Shown piece after piece: positions 49,522 through 60,299 of a stretch of 64,000 nt of DNA (positions are counted from its first letter, which is position 1; every line of letters begins with the position of its first letter). Source of the DNA: Eledone cirrhosa (taxonomy: Eukaryota); NCBI GenBank assembly GCA_964016885.1, contig CAXHJY010001768.1, forward strand, positions 1 to 64,000. Direction: 5' to 3'. Under the pieces are notes generated by a model. The model was not told the DNA's origin and did no database searches. It saw nothing but the letters and a program-made list of their open reading frames with translations. The position numbers and the translations under genes are program-made.

Positions 49522-49966
49522 GATTGACATAGAAGTGGTAGATTGTTACAGAAAGTACCCAGGTGGTGGTAGACTTTAAAGACAAAAGATTGACATAGAA
49601 GTGGTAGATTGTTACAGAAAGTACCCAGGTGGTGGTAGACTTTAAAGACAAAAGATTGACATAGAAGTGGTAGATTGTTACAGAAAGTACCCAGGTGGTG
49701 GTAGACTTTAAAGACAAAAGATTGACATAGAAGTGGTAGATTGTTACAGAAAGTACCCAGGTGGTGGTAGACTTTAAAGACAAAAGATTGACATAGAAGT
49801 GGTAGATTGTTACAGAAAGTACCCAGGTGGTGGTAGACTTTAAAGACAAAAGATTGACATAGAAGTGGTAGATTGTTACAGAAAGTACCCAGGTGGTGGT
49901 AGACTTTAAAGACAAAAGATTGACATAGAAGTGGTAGATTGTTACAGAAAGTACCCAGGTGGTGGT
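49522..49966. repeat. Perfect 66-bp tandem repeat, about 6.7 copies
   Basis: GATTGACATAGAAGTGGTAGATTGTTACAGAAAGTACCCAGGTGGTGGTAGACTTTAAAGACAAAA. Confidence 0.97.
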
Positions 49967-50049
49967 CTGACACAACCTAATTAGTAGGTTGCCACAGGTG
50001 TGGGTGGACAATCTTAAATGTTTTTCATGTTTAGTATCTTGTGTTAGTG

Positions 50050-50360
50050 TGTTTCATGGTGTAGTAGTTACAGTGTTCAGCCCACAACCATAAGGTCATC
50101 AGTTCGATTACTGGCAGCGTATTGGGTCCTTGAGCAAGACACTTATTTCACATTGCTGCAGTTCACTCAACTAGAAAAATAAGTAGTACTACCTGTAATT
50201 CAAAGGGCCAACTATATCACACTGAATCTCCCTGATAACTATGTTAAGGGTGCATGTTTCTCTGGAATGCTCAGTCACTTACATGTTAATTTCATGAAAA
50301 GGCTGTTCCATTGATTGAATCAACTGAAACACTTGTTGTAGCTGACGGAGTGCCAGTTAT
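50050..50360 (+). mobile_element. tRNA-derived SINE (same family as 1083-1372)
   Basis: AGTTCGATT B-box-like motif, CCTTGAGCAAGACAC, and 3' GACGGAGTGCCA. Confidence 0.7.
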
Positions 50361-50384
50361 TATTAGTTAGTTTTAATGAAAATC

Positions 50385-51110
50385 TATAGTAGTTAGTATT
50401 GGTGACTATAGAGGTAGTTAGTATTGGTGGCTATAGTAGTAGTTAGTATTGATGGCAATAGCAGTTAGTACTGATAGTTTTAGTAGTTAGTATTGGTGGC
50501 TATAGTAGTAGTTAGTATTGGTGGCTATAGTAGTAGTTAGTACTGGTGGCTATAGTATTAATTAGTATTGATGGCTATAGTAGTAGTTAGTATTGGTGGT
50601 GATAGTAGTTTAGTACTGCTAGTTATAATAGTTAATATTGGTAGTTATAATAGTTAATATTGGTGGTTATAATAGTTAATATTGGTGGTTATAATAGTTA
50701 GTATTGGTGGCTATAGTAGTAGTTTGTACTGGTGGCTGTATTAGTAGTATAGATGCCTGTAGTAGTTAGTATTGGTGACTATAGTAGTTAGTATTGGTGA
50801 CTATAGTAGTTAGTATTGGTGACTATAGTAGTTAGTATTGGTGACTATAGTAGTTAGTATTGGTGACTATAGTAGTTAGTATTAGTGACTATAGTAGTTA
50901 GTATTGGTGACTATAGTAGTTAGTATTGGTGTCTATAGTAGTTAGTATTGGTGACAATAGTAGTTAGTATTGGTAACAATGGTAGTAGTTAGCATAGATG
51001 TCTGTAGTAGTTAGTATTGGTAACTATAGTAGTTAGTGTTGGTAACAATAGTAGTAGTTAGCATTGGTGTCTATAGTAGTTAGTATTGGTGACTATAGTA
51101 GTAGTTAGTC
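50385..51110. repeat. Minisatellite of about 22 bp (AGTAGTTAGTATTGGTGACTAT)
   Basis: Directly visible. Confidence 0.9.
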
Positions 51111-51986
51111 AAAATAATGACCACATGTGAAAAGGAAAATTTCCCCTGTGCTCATTCATTGAGTTTTTAGTTAATCTTTATTAAAACGTTTCTTCCAGTT
51201 AAACATAGAAATAATATATGTGGTGTGGAGGAGGAGGTTATAAATTAGCTACAGACTTCTTTTAACTACTTAACCTTCTGTCCTACTCCAAAATCCATTG
51301 GCATATTGCCCAAACACTTATTCAGTCATGCCTGCAACTACATTTTAACTTAACTAAGACTGGACAGCCAGAGACTAGATAATTCAATGGCCATTCATAT
51401 TAGACTGACCAGTTGGCTGTTGCTATTAACTCATGCTTTTGTTATTTTTCATATATTACCATGGCTATACAACTGGTGAATTCAATGTAAAATTCAGGCC
51501 ACCTGCCTACCATTAGGCTGTGAATTTACAGTTGTTAGAGCGTAGGACAAAATACTTTGCAGTATATATTATAGTTAGCTGCAGTCTGAGTTAATGTTCT
51601 GTAAACATCAATTTAGTATTTCATATTTTTGGAGTTGATAAAATAAGTACTAGTCTAGTGTGGTGGATTGTGGAATTGTTAGAGTATCAGGTGAGATACC
51701 TTGAGGTATAAGTCCCAGCCAGATCTGTGCATTCTACGTTCAAATCCTGCTAAAACCTACTTTGTGTGGTCGACTGAATCTATTGCCCAGTTTAACATGA
51801 CCTTTACAAGCCCTCTCAGACTGGTCACACTAATGTAGTTGGTGTTCAGTTGTAACATTTAAAGGTCAGTGTCTGCAGGTGAAATGGGAGTGGGGAGGGG
51901 ACCCATATGGTAGTTATGTTGGGGGGAGGGAGAAATGTTTAGTGTGGGATCAAGAGCAAGGAAATAGCTAGTTCAAAGAAACACAG

Positions 51987-52023
<37 letters not shown>

Positions 52024-52029
52024 ACAAAT

Positions 52030-55000
52030 ATGTGAGCAGTTCTGTAATGTAGACCTACCATATTTATTTGTGCAACAACAGTACTGCCTGTGATATGTGA
52101 CCAGTACTGGTATGTAGGTCTATGATGTCTGTAAATGCAACATCACTATCCTATATATATGACCAGTACTATAATGTGAATCTATGTCTGTTTATGTAAC
52201 AACATCACTGTCCTAGGTGAGCAGTACTATAATGTGGGCTTAAGATGTCTGTATATGTAACAGCATCAATGTCCTATAATGTGGGCTTAAGATGTCTGTA
52301 TATGTAACAACATCACTGTCCTATAATGTGGGCTTAAGATGTCTGTATATGTAACAGCAGCACTGTCCTATATATGTGAGCAGTACTGTAATGTAGGTAT
52401 TTGATGTCTGTATAACAGTAACACTGTCTCAGATATATATGACCAGTACTGGTATGTAGGTCTATGATGTCTGTAAATGCAACATCACTGTCCTATATAT
52501 GTGAGCAGTACTGTAATGTGAATCTATGATGTCTGTATGTGTAACAGCAGCACTGACCTATATATATATATATAACCAGTACTGCAATATAAATCTATGT
52601 CTGTATATGTAACGACAGCAGCACTGTCCTATATATGTGAGCAGTACTATAATGTGGGTTTATGATGTATGTCTGTATAGCAGCAGCAGAGTCCAAGACA
52701 TCACCAGCGCTGTAATGTGGGTCTATGATGTCTGTATATGTAACAGCAGCATTGTCCTATATATGTGACCAGTACTATAATGTGGGTTTATGATGTATGT
52801 AGGTACAACAATAATACTGTCCCAGATATGTGAACAGTACTGTACTATGAATCTCTGATGTCTGTATATGTAACACCAGCACTGTCCTATATATATGACC
52901 AGCACTGTAATGTGAATCTATGATGTCTGTATATTTAACAACAGCGCTGTCCTTTATATATGACCAGCACTGTAATGTGAATCTATGATGTCTGTATATG
53001 TAACAGTAACACTGTCCTATATATATGACCAGCACTGTAATGTGAATCTATGTCTGTATATGTAACAGTAACACTGTCCTATACATATGACCAGCACTGT
53101 AATGTGAATCTATGATGTCTGTATATGTAACACCAGTACTGACCTATATATATGACCAGCACTGTAATGTGAATCTATGATGTCTGTCTATGTAACAGTA
53201 ACACTGTCCTATATATATGACCAGCACTGTAATGTGAATCTATGATGTCTGTATATGTAACACCAGTACTGACCTATATATATGACCAGCACTGTAATGT
53301 GAATCTATGATGTCTGTATATGTAACTAACACTGACCTATATATATATGACCAGCACTGTAATGTGAATCTATGATGTCTGTATATGTAACACCAGTACT
53401 GACCTATATATATGACCAGCACTGTAATGTGAATCTACGATGTCTGTATATGTAACAGTAACACTGACCTATATATATGACCAGCACTGTAATGTGAATC
53501 TATGATGTCTGTATATGTAACAGTAACACTGTCCTATATATATGACCAGCACTGTAATGTGAATCTATGATGTCTGTATATGTAACACCAGTACTGACCT
53601 ATATATATGAGCAGTACTGTAATGTGAATCTATGATGTCTGTATATGTAACAGTAACACTGACCTATATATATGACCAGCACTGTAATGTGAATCTATGA
53701 TGTCTGTATATGTAGCAGTAACACTGACCTATATATATATGACCAGCACTGTAATGTGAATCTATAATGTGTGTATATGTAATGTAACAGTAACACTGAC
53801 CTATATATATGACCAGCACTGTAATGTGAATCTATGTCTGTATATGTAACAGTAACACTGTCCTATATATATGACCAGCACTGTAATGTGAATCTATGTC
53901 TGTATATGTAACAGTAGCACAGTCCTATATATATGACCAGCACTGTAATGTGAATCTATGTCTGTATCTGTAACAGTAACACTGTCCTATACATATGACC
54001 AGCACTGTAATGTGAATCTATGATATCTGTATATGTAACACCAGTACTGACCTATATATATGACCAGCCCTGTAATGTGAAACTATATCTGTATATGTAA
54101 CAGTAACACTGTCCTATATATATGACCAGCACTGTAATGTGAATCTATGTCTGTATATGTAACAGTAACACAGTCCTATATATATGACTAGCACTGTAAT
54201 GTGAATCTATGTCTGTATATGTAACAGTAACACTGTCTTATACATATGACCAGCACTGTAATGTGAATCTATGATATCTGTATATGTAACACCTGTACTG
54301 ACCTATATATATGACCAGCCCCGTAATGTGAAACTATATCTGTATATGTAACAGTAACACTGTCCTATATATATGACCAGCACTGTAATGTCAATCTACG
54401 ATGTCTGTATATTTAACAACAGCACTGTCCTTTATATATGTAACAGTAACACTGTCCTATACATATGACCAGCACTGTAATGTGAATCTATGATGTTTGT
54501 ATATGTAGCACCAGTACTGACCTATATATATGACCAGCCCTGTAATGTGAATCTATATCTGTATATGTAACAGTAACACTGTCCTATATATATGACCAGC
54601 ACTGTAATGTGAATCTATGATGTCTGTATATTTAACAACAGCACAGTCCTATATATATGACCAGCACTGTAATGTGAATCTATGATGTCTGTATATGTAA
54701 CAGTAACACTGACCTATATATATGACCAGCACTGTAATATGAATCTATGATGTCTGTATATGTAACAGTAACACTGACCTATATATATGACCAGCACTGT
54801 AATGTGAATCTATGATATCTGTATATGTAACACCAGTACTGACCTATATATATGACCAGTACTGAATGTGAATCTATGATGTCTGTATATGTAACAGTAA
54901 CACTGACCTATATATATGACCAGCACTGTAATGTGAATCTATGATGTCTGTATATGTAACAGTAACACTGTCCTATACATATGACCAGCACTGTAATGTG

Positions 55001-55567
55001 AATCTATGTCTGTATATGTAACAATAACACTGTCCTATACATATGACAGCACTGTAATGTGAATCTATGTCTGTATATGTAACAGTAACACTGTCCTATA
55101 CATATGACCAGCACTGTAATGTGAATCTATGATGTCTGTATATGTAACACCAGTACTGACCTATATATATGACCAGCACTGTAATGTGAATCTATGTCTG
55201 TATATGTAACAGTAACACTGTCCTACACATATGACCAGCACTGTAATGTGAATCTATGTCTGTATATGTAACAGTAACACTGTCCTATACATATGACCAG
55301 CACTGTAATGTGAATCTATGATGTCTGTATATGTAACAGTAACACTGTCCTATATATATGACCAGCACTGTAATGTGAATCTATGATGTCTGTATATGTA
55401 ACACCAGCACTGTCCTATATATATGACCGGCCCTGTAATGTGAATCTATGTCTGTATATGTAACAGTAACACTGACCTGTATATATGATCAGCACTGTAA
55501 TGTGAATCTATGATGTATGTATATGTAACAGCAGCACTGTCCAAGGCATATGACCAGCACTGTAATG
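52030..55567. repeat. Minisatellite of about 62-67 bp
   Basis: TGACCAGCACTGTAATGTGAATCTATGATGTCTGTATATGTAACAGTAACACTGTCCTATATATA, more diverged at the left end. Confidence 0.93.
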
Positions 55568-55569
55568 CA

Positions 55570-55810
55570 TGTGCCATGACAACAATGCTATGGGTGATAC
55601 ACAAATAAAAGAATGGTACAACATGTTAAAAGACGGCCACACATTAGGAGAGTGACCAGTATTCCGGGACCCTGTCAATAAGCTGCAATGAAGTTGTTAA
55701 CAAGAGAGAACAGAGATTGATCGTCCAGGGAATCAGTGTCATGTTACATACTATCAGTAAAGATTCTGCATATGCAATTTTAAAGGAGGTTTGGGGCCTG
55801 CATAAAGTGT
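55570..55810 (+). pseudogene. mariner transposase N-terminal (HTH) relic
   Basis: DNAMGDTQIKEWYNMLKDGHT..ESD..SG resembles the mariner AM..TQIKEWF.RFK.G..S.ESD.RSGRP motif. Confidence 0.65.
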
Positions 55811-56232
55811 GTGAAGGTATAAGGGGCCTACTTTGAAGGGGATTAGCAATTGAACCCAACCAAGTATGCAATTTTTCCCTTCAGCTTATTGTCAGATATT
55901 TTTTCAACAGCTCTCGCGTGTGTGTCTAATTAGACAATGTATAGTCTGTGCGGATAAAGAATTCATCAAATAAGTGTGTGTGCGTGTGCATATGTGTGGG
56001 TGTGTTTGTGTGTGCGTGTGTGTGTGTGCGCGAGTGTGTGTGATTATATTTACTGTTTGTTTATGACCCATAACATAGTGGTTCAACATTAAGAGATCAA
56101 TATAATAACTACCTTAGCTAACATCCTTTTATACATACAAACAGACACAGAGGAAGATATAGAAATAGTCAGATATGCAGGTAGGTATAATAGATCAATA
56201 GACAGATACAGAGAAAGGCAAGCAAATCTATA

Positions 56233-56457
56233 TTAACCCTTTAGCATTTACATTACTCTATATTTGCTATTGTATTTTTGTGGTAAAGGTTTTACTCTAC
56301 ATAGTTATCTAACATAATATCAAATCTATGAGATTTCGATATTATTTCAAGAACAGTACCTTAATATAAGTATGAACAGCCAGTTATGGTCGGTTTGAAC
56401 AGAGAGAGGTCAGAGAATTCTGGCTGGATATGGCTGGTTTAAATGCTAATGGGTTAA
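56233..56457. mobile_element. piggyBac-like TTAA MITE, most complete copy
   Basis: TTAA-CCCTTTAGCATTTA...TAAATGCTAATGGG-TTAA. Confidence 0.8.
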
Positions 56458-56596
56458 TACTGGTAGAGAAAAGTAGACAAATATATATTAATACTGGCAG
56501 AAAAAAAAAACAGACAGATATATATATATAGTAGTAATAGATAGGTAAAAATATCCAAGATATAGAGCAACTCAAGTCTGTAGGACAAGTTTGAAT

Positions 56597-56800
56597 ATAA
56601 TTACTAAGGCCAGTTACTACATCCAAGGTACATACAATTCGTTAGTCCTGAGGACCAACTTGTTCAAGCTGTGCCAGTGAAAACGAACCGGTTCATACAG
56701 TCCATTTCTGTCGGCACATATTGAACAAGTTGGTCCTCAGGGTTAATGAATCGTATGTACCTGGTATGGCACCATTGTAGTAACTGGCCTTAATAATTAT
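56597..56800. mobile_element. Fold-back MITE-like element with long imperfect inverted repeats
   Basis: ATAATTACTAAGGCCAGTTACTACA...CCTGAGGACCAACTTGTTCAA / TTGAACAAGTTGGTCCTCAGG...TGTAGTAACTGGCCTTAATAATTAT. Confidence 0.65.
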
Positions 56801-57040
56801 TTATATATTGGGACACTGCATCCTTCAAAATCTCCATGCTTCCTGAAATTCGCCAACACTACACCTGATATTCTCCCTCCATACACACGCATGCATATGT
56901 GTGTGTATCATGACTCAAACACTGTTCACTTTCCTGACATTTGTACATTATTCTATGTACTATACATGCACCTTTGATGAGTTGTAGTGCACCTGAGCAC
57001 TGTACACAATAATTTTCATTGTTTCATTATATATATATGT

Positions 57041-57340
57041 ATCATCATCATCATCATTTTACGTCCGCTTTTCCCTGCTTGCAAGGGTGGGACGGGAACT
57101 GATTCTGGCTTTATTTCTACAGCTGGATGCCCTTCCTAACACCAACCTCATTTACAGTGAGTGCTGGGTGGTTTTTTGCCGTGGCACCTCCACGACCACT
57201 TTGCAGTGAAATGATATCATCTCATTTCTACAGCTGAGTAAACTGGAGCAATGTGAAATAAAGTGTCTTGCTCAAGGAAACAACACATCACTCGGTCTGA
57301 GAATTGAACTCACAACCTTTCGACTGCAAGGCCAATGCTC

Positions 57341-57342
<2 letters not shown>
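57041..57342 (-). mobile_element. SINE with RTE-derived tail (family of 7899), 5' end lost at the (TA)n tract
   Basis: Reverse complement of about 7921-8241, lacking the internal GGGAC hairpin. Confidence 0.85.
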
Positions 57343-57394
<52 letters not shown>

Positions 57395-57421
57395 ATATTA
57401 TATATATATATATTATATATA

Positions 57422-57467
<46 letters not shown>

Positions 57468-57506
57468 TATATATAATATATATATATATATTAAACAATA
57501 TTAAAC

Positions 57507-58073
57507 AATTAAACAATAAAGAATTCAAAAATTCTAAATTCAAAAATTTTTTTCAAGTGATAATTCGGATTAAGTAAAGATATACATTGAAGTGAGTAAA
57601 TAATATGGAGAGAGATGTTTAAGTAATATGTTCTGGGAGGGATTCTAGTGTTACAGATATTGAATGGCAGTGCCGGACCTTATGACGGAGAGCAAACCAC
57701 ATGGTTCAAGGCATTAGTCAATCCGTTACACGGTCATACTTTCCATCACATGGAACAGAGTCAAAGAAAAACAGACAAAAAGTACACAAAAGAAAAACTT
57801 TTTGTCTGTTTTTCTTTGACTCTGTTCCATGTGATGGAAAGTATGACCGTGTAACGGATTGACTAATGCCTTGAACCATGTGGTTTGCCCTCCGTCATAA
57901 GGTCCGGCACTGCCGTTCAATATCTGTAACACTAGAATCCCTCCCAGAACATATTACTTAAACATCTCTCTCCATATTATTTACTCACTTCAATGTATAT
58001 CTTTACTTAATCCGAATTATCACTTGAAAAAAATTTTTGAATTTAGAATTTTTGAATTCTTTATTGTTTAATT
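57507..58073. repeat. Near-perfect palindrome: 277-bp arms, 13-nt spacer
   Basis: 57507-57783 versus 57797-58073, 2 mismatches seen. The mirror ORFs 57648(+) and 57932(-) confirm the symmetry. Confidence 0.95.
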
Positions 58074-58518
58074 TATAATCTCTGATATTTGATTTAGTAT
58101 ATTAATTTTTATTCCCAACTCTCACTCTTAACTTACTATGTAAAACCATAGTACCTAGAATTAAGTTTATTTTACCTTATGAGTTGATGGTCAGTCTTAC
58201 TGTCAAAGCTAAGTGAAAGGTAGTATTATGACCTATAAAAACTAACACCCTCCCATCCCCTCTGGCTTTCGGCTGACTGCCACACTAGCGATGGGTAGCA
58301 GTAAGTATTGGCAAGGCATAGGTGGGCCACTGACAGCGAATTTCGTTGAAATCTGCGGTGCTAATGGTCAACTTCCTTCGGACATGCGCTTGCGCAGACC
58401 GGTGGGGGTGAATTGGTACTCACAAGGGAACGGATGAAAAACCCAAAGGCACGAACTTCATCCGTTCCCATGTCGATTCAATTTGGATTGCCTCGGAAAC
58501 AACCTTATTATGTAACAA

Positions 58519-58592
58519 GCTGTCTGATGATGTCACGACACTCACACACAGAACAGTGTGGCCAGTGTCGTCATTGAAATATATATCACAGC
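58519..58592 (+). ncRNA. Type-I hammerhead-like motif, imperfect stem II base
   Basis: Stem I GCTGT/ACAGC. CTGATGA at 58524-58530. Stem II contains ACGACACT/AGTGTCGT. GAAA at 58576-58579. Palindromic loop T-ATAT-A. Triplet AUC. T/T mismatch at the first stem II pair. Confidence 0.6.
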
Positions 58593-58643
58593 ATTATTAT
58601 TAAAGGACTTGAACATCTGAAACTACTTCGCTTTTGCTTATTC

Positions 58644-58675
<32 letters not shown>

Positions 58676-58801
58676 TATATAGGTGAGTTTTATTGTAGTA
58701 CAATAAAGCAATGCAGATATCAGATAAGAACCACTCTACAGTTTGTAGAACTGGAGTATACATAATATATAAGATCAAAAGATGGTTAAATGAGTTCCAT
58801 G

Positions 58802-58872
58802 TATTTTATTATGCGCATTTCAAAAACAAATATCATCATGCAATAACATTTGTGTTTTCATCAGATAAAATA
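58802..58872 (-). ncRNA. Minimal type-I hammerhead ribozyme motif (inverted copy)
   Basis: Reverse complement of 58953-59023. Confidence 0.8.
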
Positions 58873-58952
58873 GGAGAACATGATATGAAGGTTAAAAACA
58901 CTTTAAAACTGCACTATCCACAAGTGTTTTTAACCTTCATATCATGTCCTCC

Positions 58953-59023
58953 TATTTTATCTGATGAAAACACAAATGTTATTGCATGATGATATTTGTT
59001 TTTGAAATGCGCATAATAAAATA
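58953..59023 (+). ncRNA. Minimal type-I hammerhead ribozyme motif
   Basis: Stem I TATTTTAT/ATAAAATA. CTGATGA at 58961-58967. Long stem II. GAAA at 59004-59007. Palindromic T-GCGC-A loop III. Triplet AUA at 59013-59015. Confidence 0.8.
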
Positions 59024-59053
59024 CATGGAACTCATTTAACCATCTTTTGATCT

Positions 59054-59084
<31 letters not shown>

Positions 59085-59266
59085 ACGAAGGAAATGTGGT
59101 AAGGAACCAGGTGGACCATAACGCACCAAAGTACTCAATACTTAGGGTAGTAGAGTGGGTAATAGGAACGAGTAGGACCCCGACGGCTGAGCTCAAGCCG
59201 TTTTGATTTTAGTCCAGAATTAGCCGCCGAAACGGCTTGAGCTCAGCCGTCGGGGTCCTACTCGTT

Positions 59267-59271
<5 letters not shown>
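59085..59271. mobile_element. Fold-back insertion: ~77-nt tail plus 42-bp arms containing the 3' half of a hammerhead
   Basis: Arms 59162-59203 and 59230-59271. GAAA-CGGCT-TGAGCTC-AGCC-GTC at 59229-59251. (TA)n on both sides. Confidence 0.7.
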
Positions 59272-59302
<31 letters not shown>

Positions 59303-59349
59303 AACCCATACTAGCGTGGAAGATAGGCATTAAACGATGATGATGATGA

Positions 59350-59384
<35 letters not shown>

Positions 59385-60059
59385 TACTGGTAGAAAAATA
59401 GCAGACAGATATATATCTATGTTGGTACTACATAAGTGTCTGTGAGAGAGAGAGAGAGGGGCTGTTCTTACCATGACAACCACCACCACTATCAGACCAA
59501 TCCAAAGCAGTCAACAGACATTATGAATATGTCCAGTTGAAAGACAATATCTGTGTAGCAACAGTTTTGTCTGTATAGTCTGTGAAGAATGGACATAGGT
59601 ATTGTATTGTGGACAATAGATAGAACAGATTGGGGAATATTTCACTATCCTCTCTCTCTCTCTCACACACACACATACACACAAAACCATACACACACAC
59701 ATCTACACATCTATACACACACAAAAGCATACACACACATACACACAACCATACACATATAAATATGCATATCTCTTCATATTTATTAGTGTAAATATGT
59801 GTGTGTGTCTGCACGCATGCAATGCTAAAAAATATGTAGAAGTATATCCTGAGTCCGAAGAGTCATTAAGCCAGAACTTATTCTATTTTCATTGATGTTG
59901 AGTGATTAAGAGCACAAAACTTTTCCCCTGGATTGGATGGTAGTCCATTGTATGGTTAAACTCCAGCTTCTGCTGGTACTCTTTTGCAGCTGAATGAACT
60001 GAAGGAATGGGAATTGAATCCACAACATTACGAATATGGTAAATATATATATATATATA

Positions 60060-60221
60060 ACAAAGGAAATGTGGTAAAGAACCAGATGGACCATAACGCA
60101 CCAAAGTACTCAATACTTAGGGTAGTAGAGTGAGTAATAGGAACGAGTAGGACCTCGACGGCTGAGCTCAAGCCGTTTCGACGGCTAATTCTGGACTACT
60201 AGTCGGGGTCCTATTCGTTCC

Positions 60222-60224
<3 letters not shown>
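60060..60224. mobile_element. Second copy of the 59085 element with 23-bp arms and the spacer in the opposite orientation
   Basis: Same tail with a few substitutions. Arms 60137-60159 and 60202-60224. The hammerhead 3' half is on the minus strand. Confidence 0.7.
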
Positions 60225-60252
<28 letters not shown>

Positions 60253-60299
60253 AGTGAAGTATTTCTGTCGGAAAGGTACAGGAAAAAAGAGTGCTCTAT

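Larger units (their letters stand above)
58682..59063. mobile_element. Fold-back insertion: 80-nt tail plus 142-bp inverted arms, each carrying a hammerhead, between (TA)n tracts
   Basis: Arms 58762-58903 and 58922-59063 (1 mismatch), 18-nt spacer, tail 58682-58761. Confidence 0.75.

Noticed and set aside
55911-55973. Short open frame after a TTTTTCAACAG acceptor (LSRVCLIRQCIVCADKEFIK*)
   Set aside because: Too short, with no recognisable homology or linked exon.
57648-57932. Two mirror-image 68-aa ORFs
   Set aside because: A consequence of the palindrome, with GTG starts and no recognisable domain.
58426-58469. Possible SECIS element, as described for Naiad-type PLEs
   Set aside because: The hairpin pairs ATGA in Watson-Crick fashion and lacks the GA quartet and helix II geometry. 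There is no upstream ORF.
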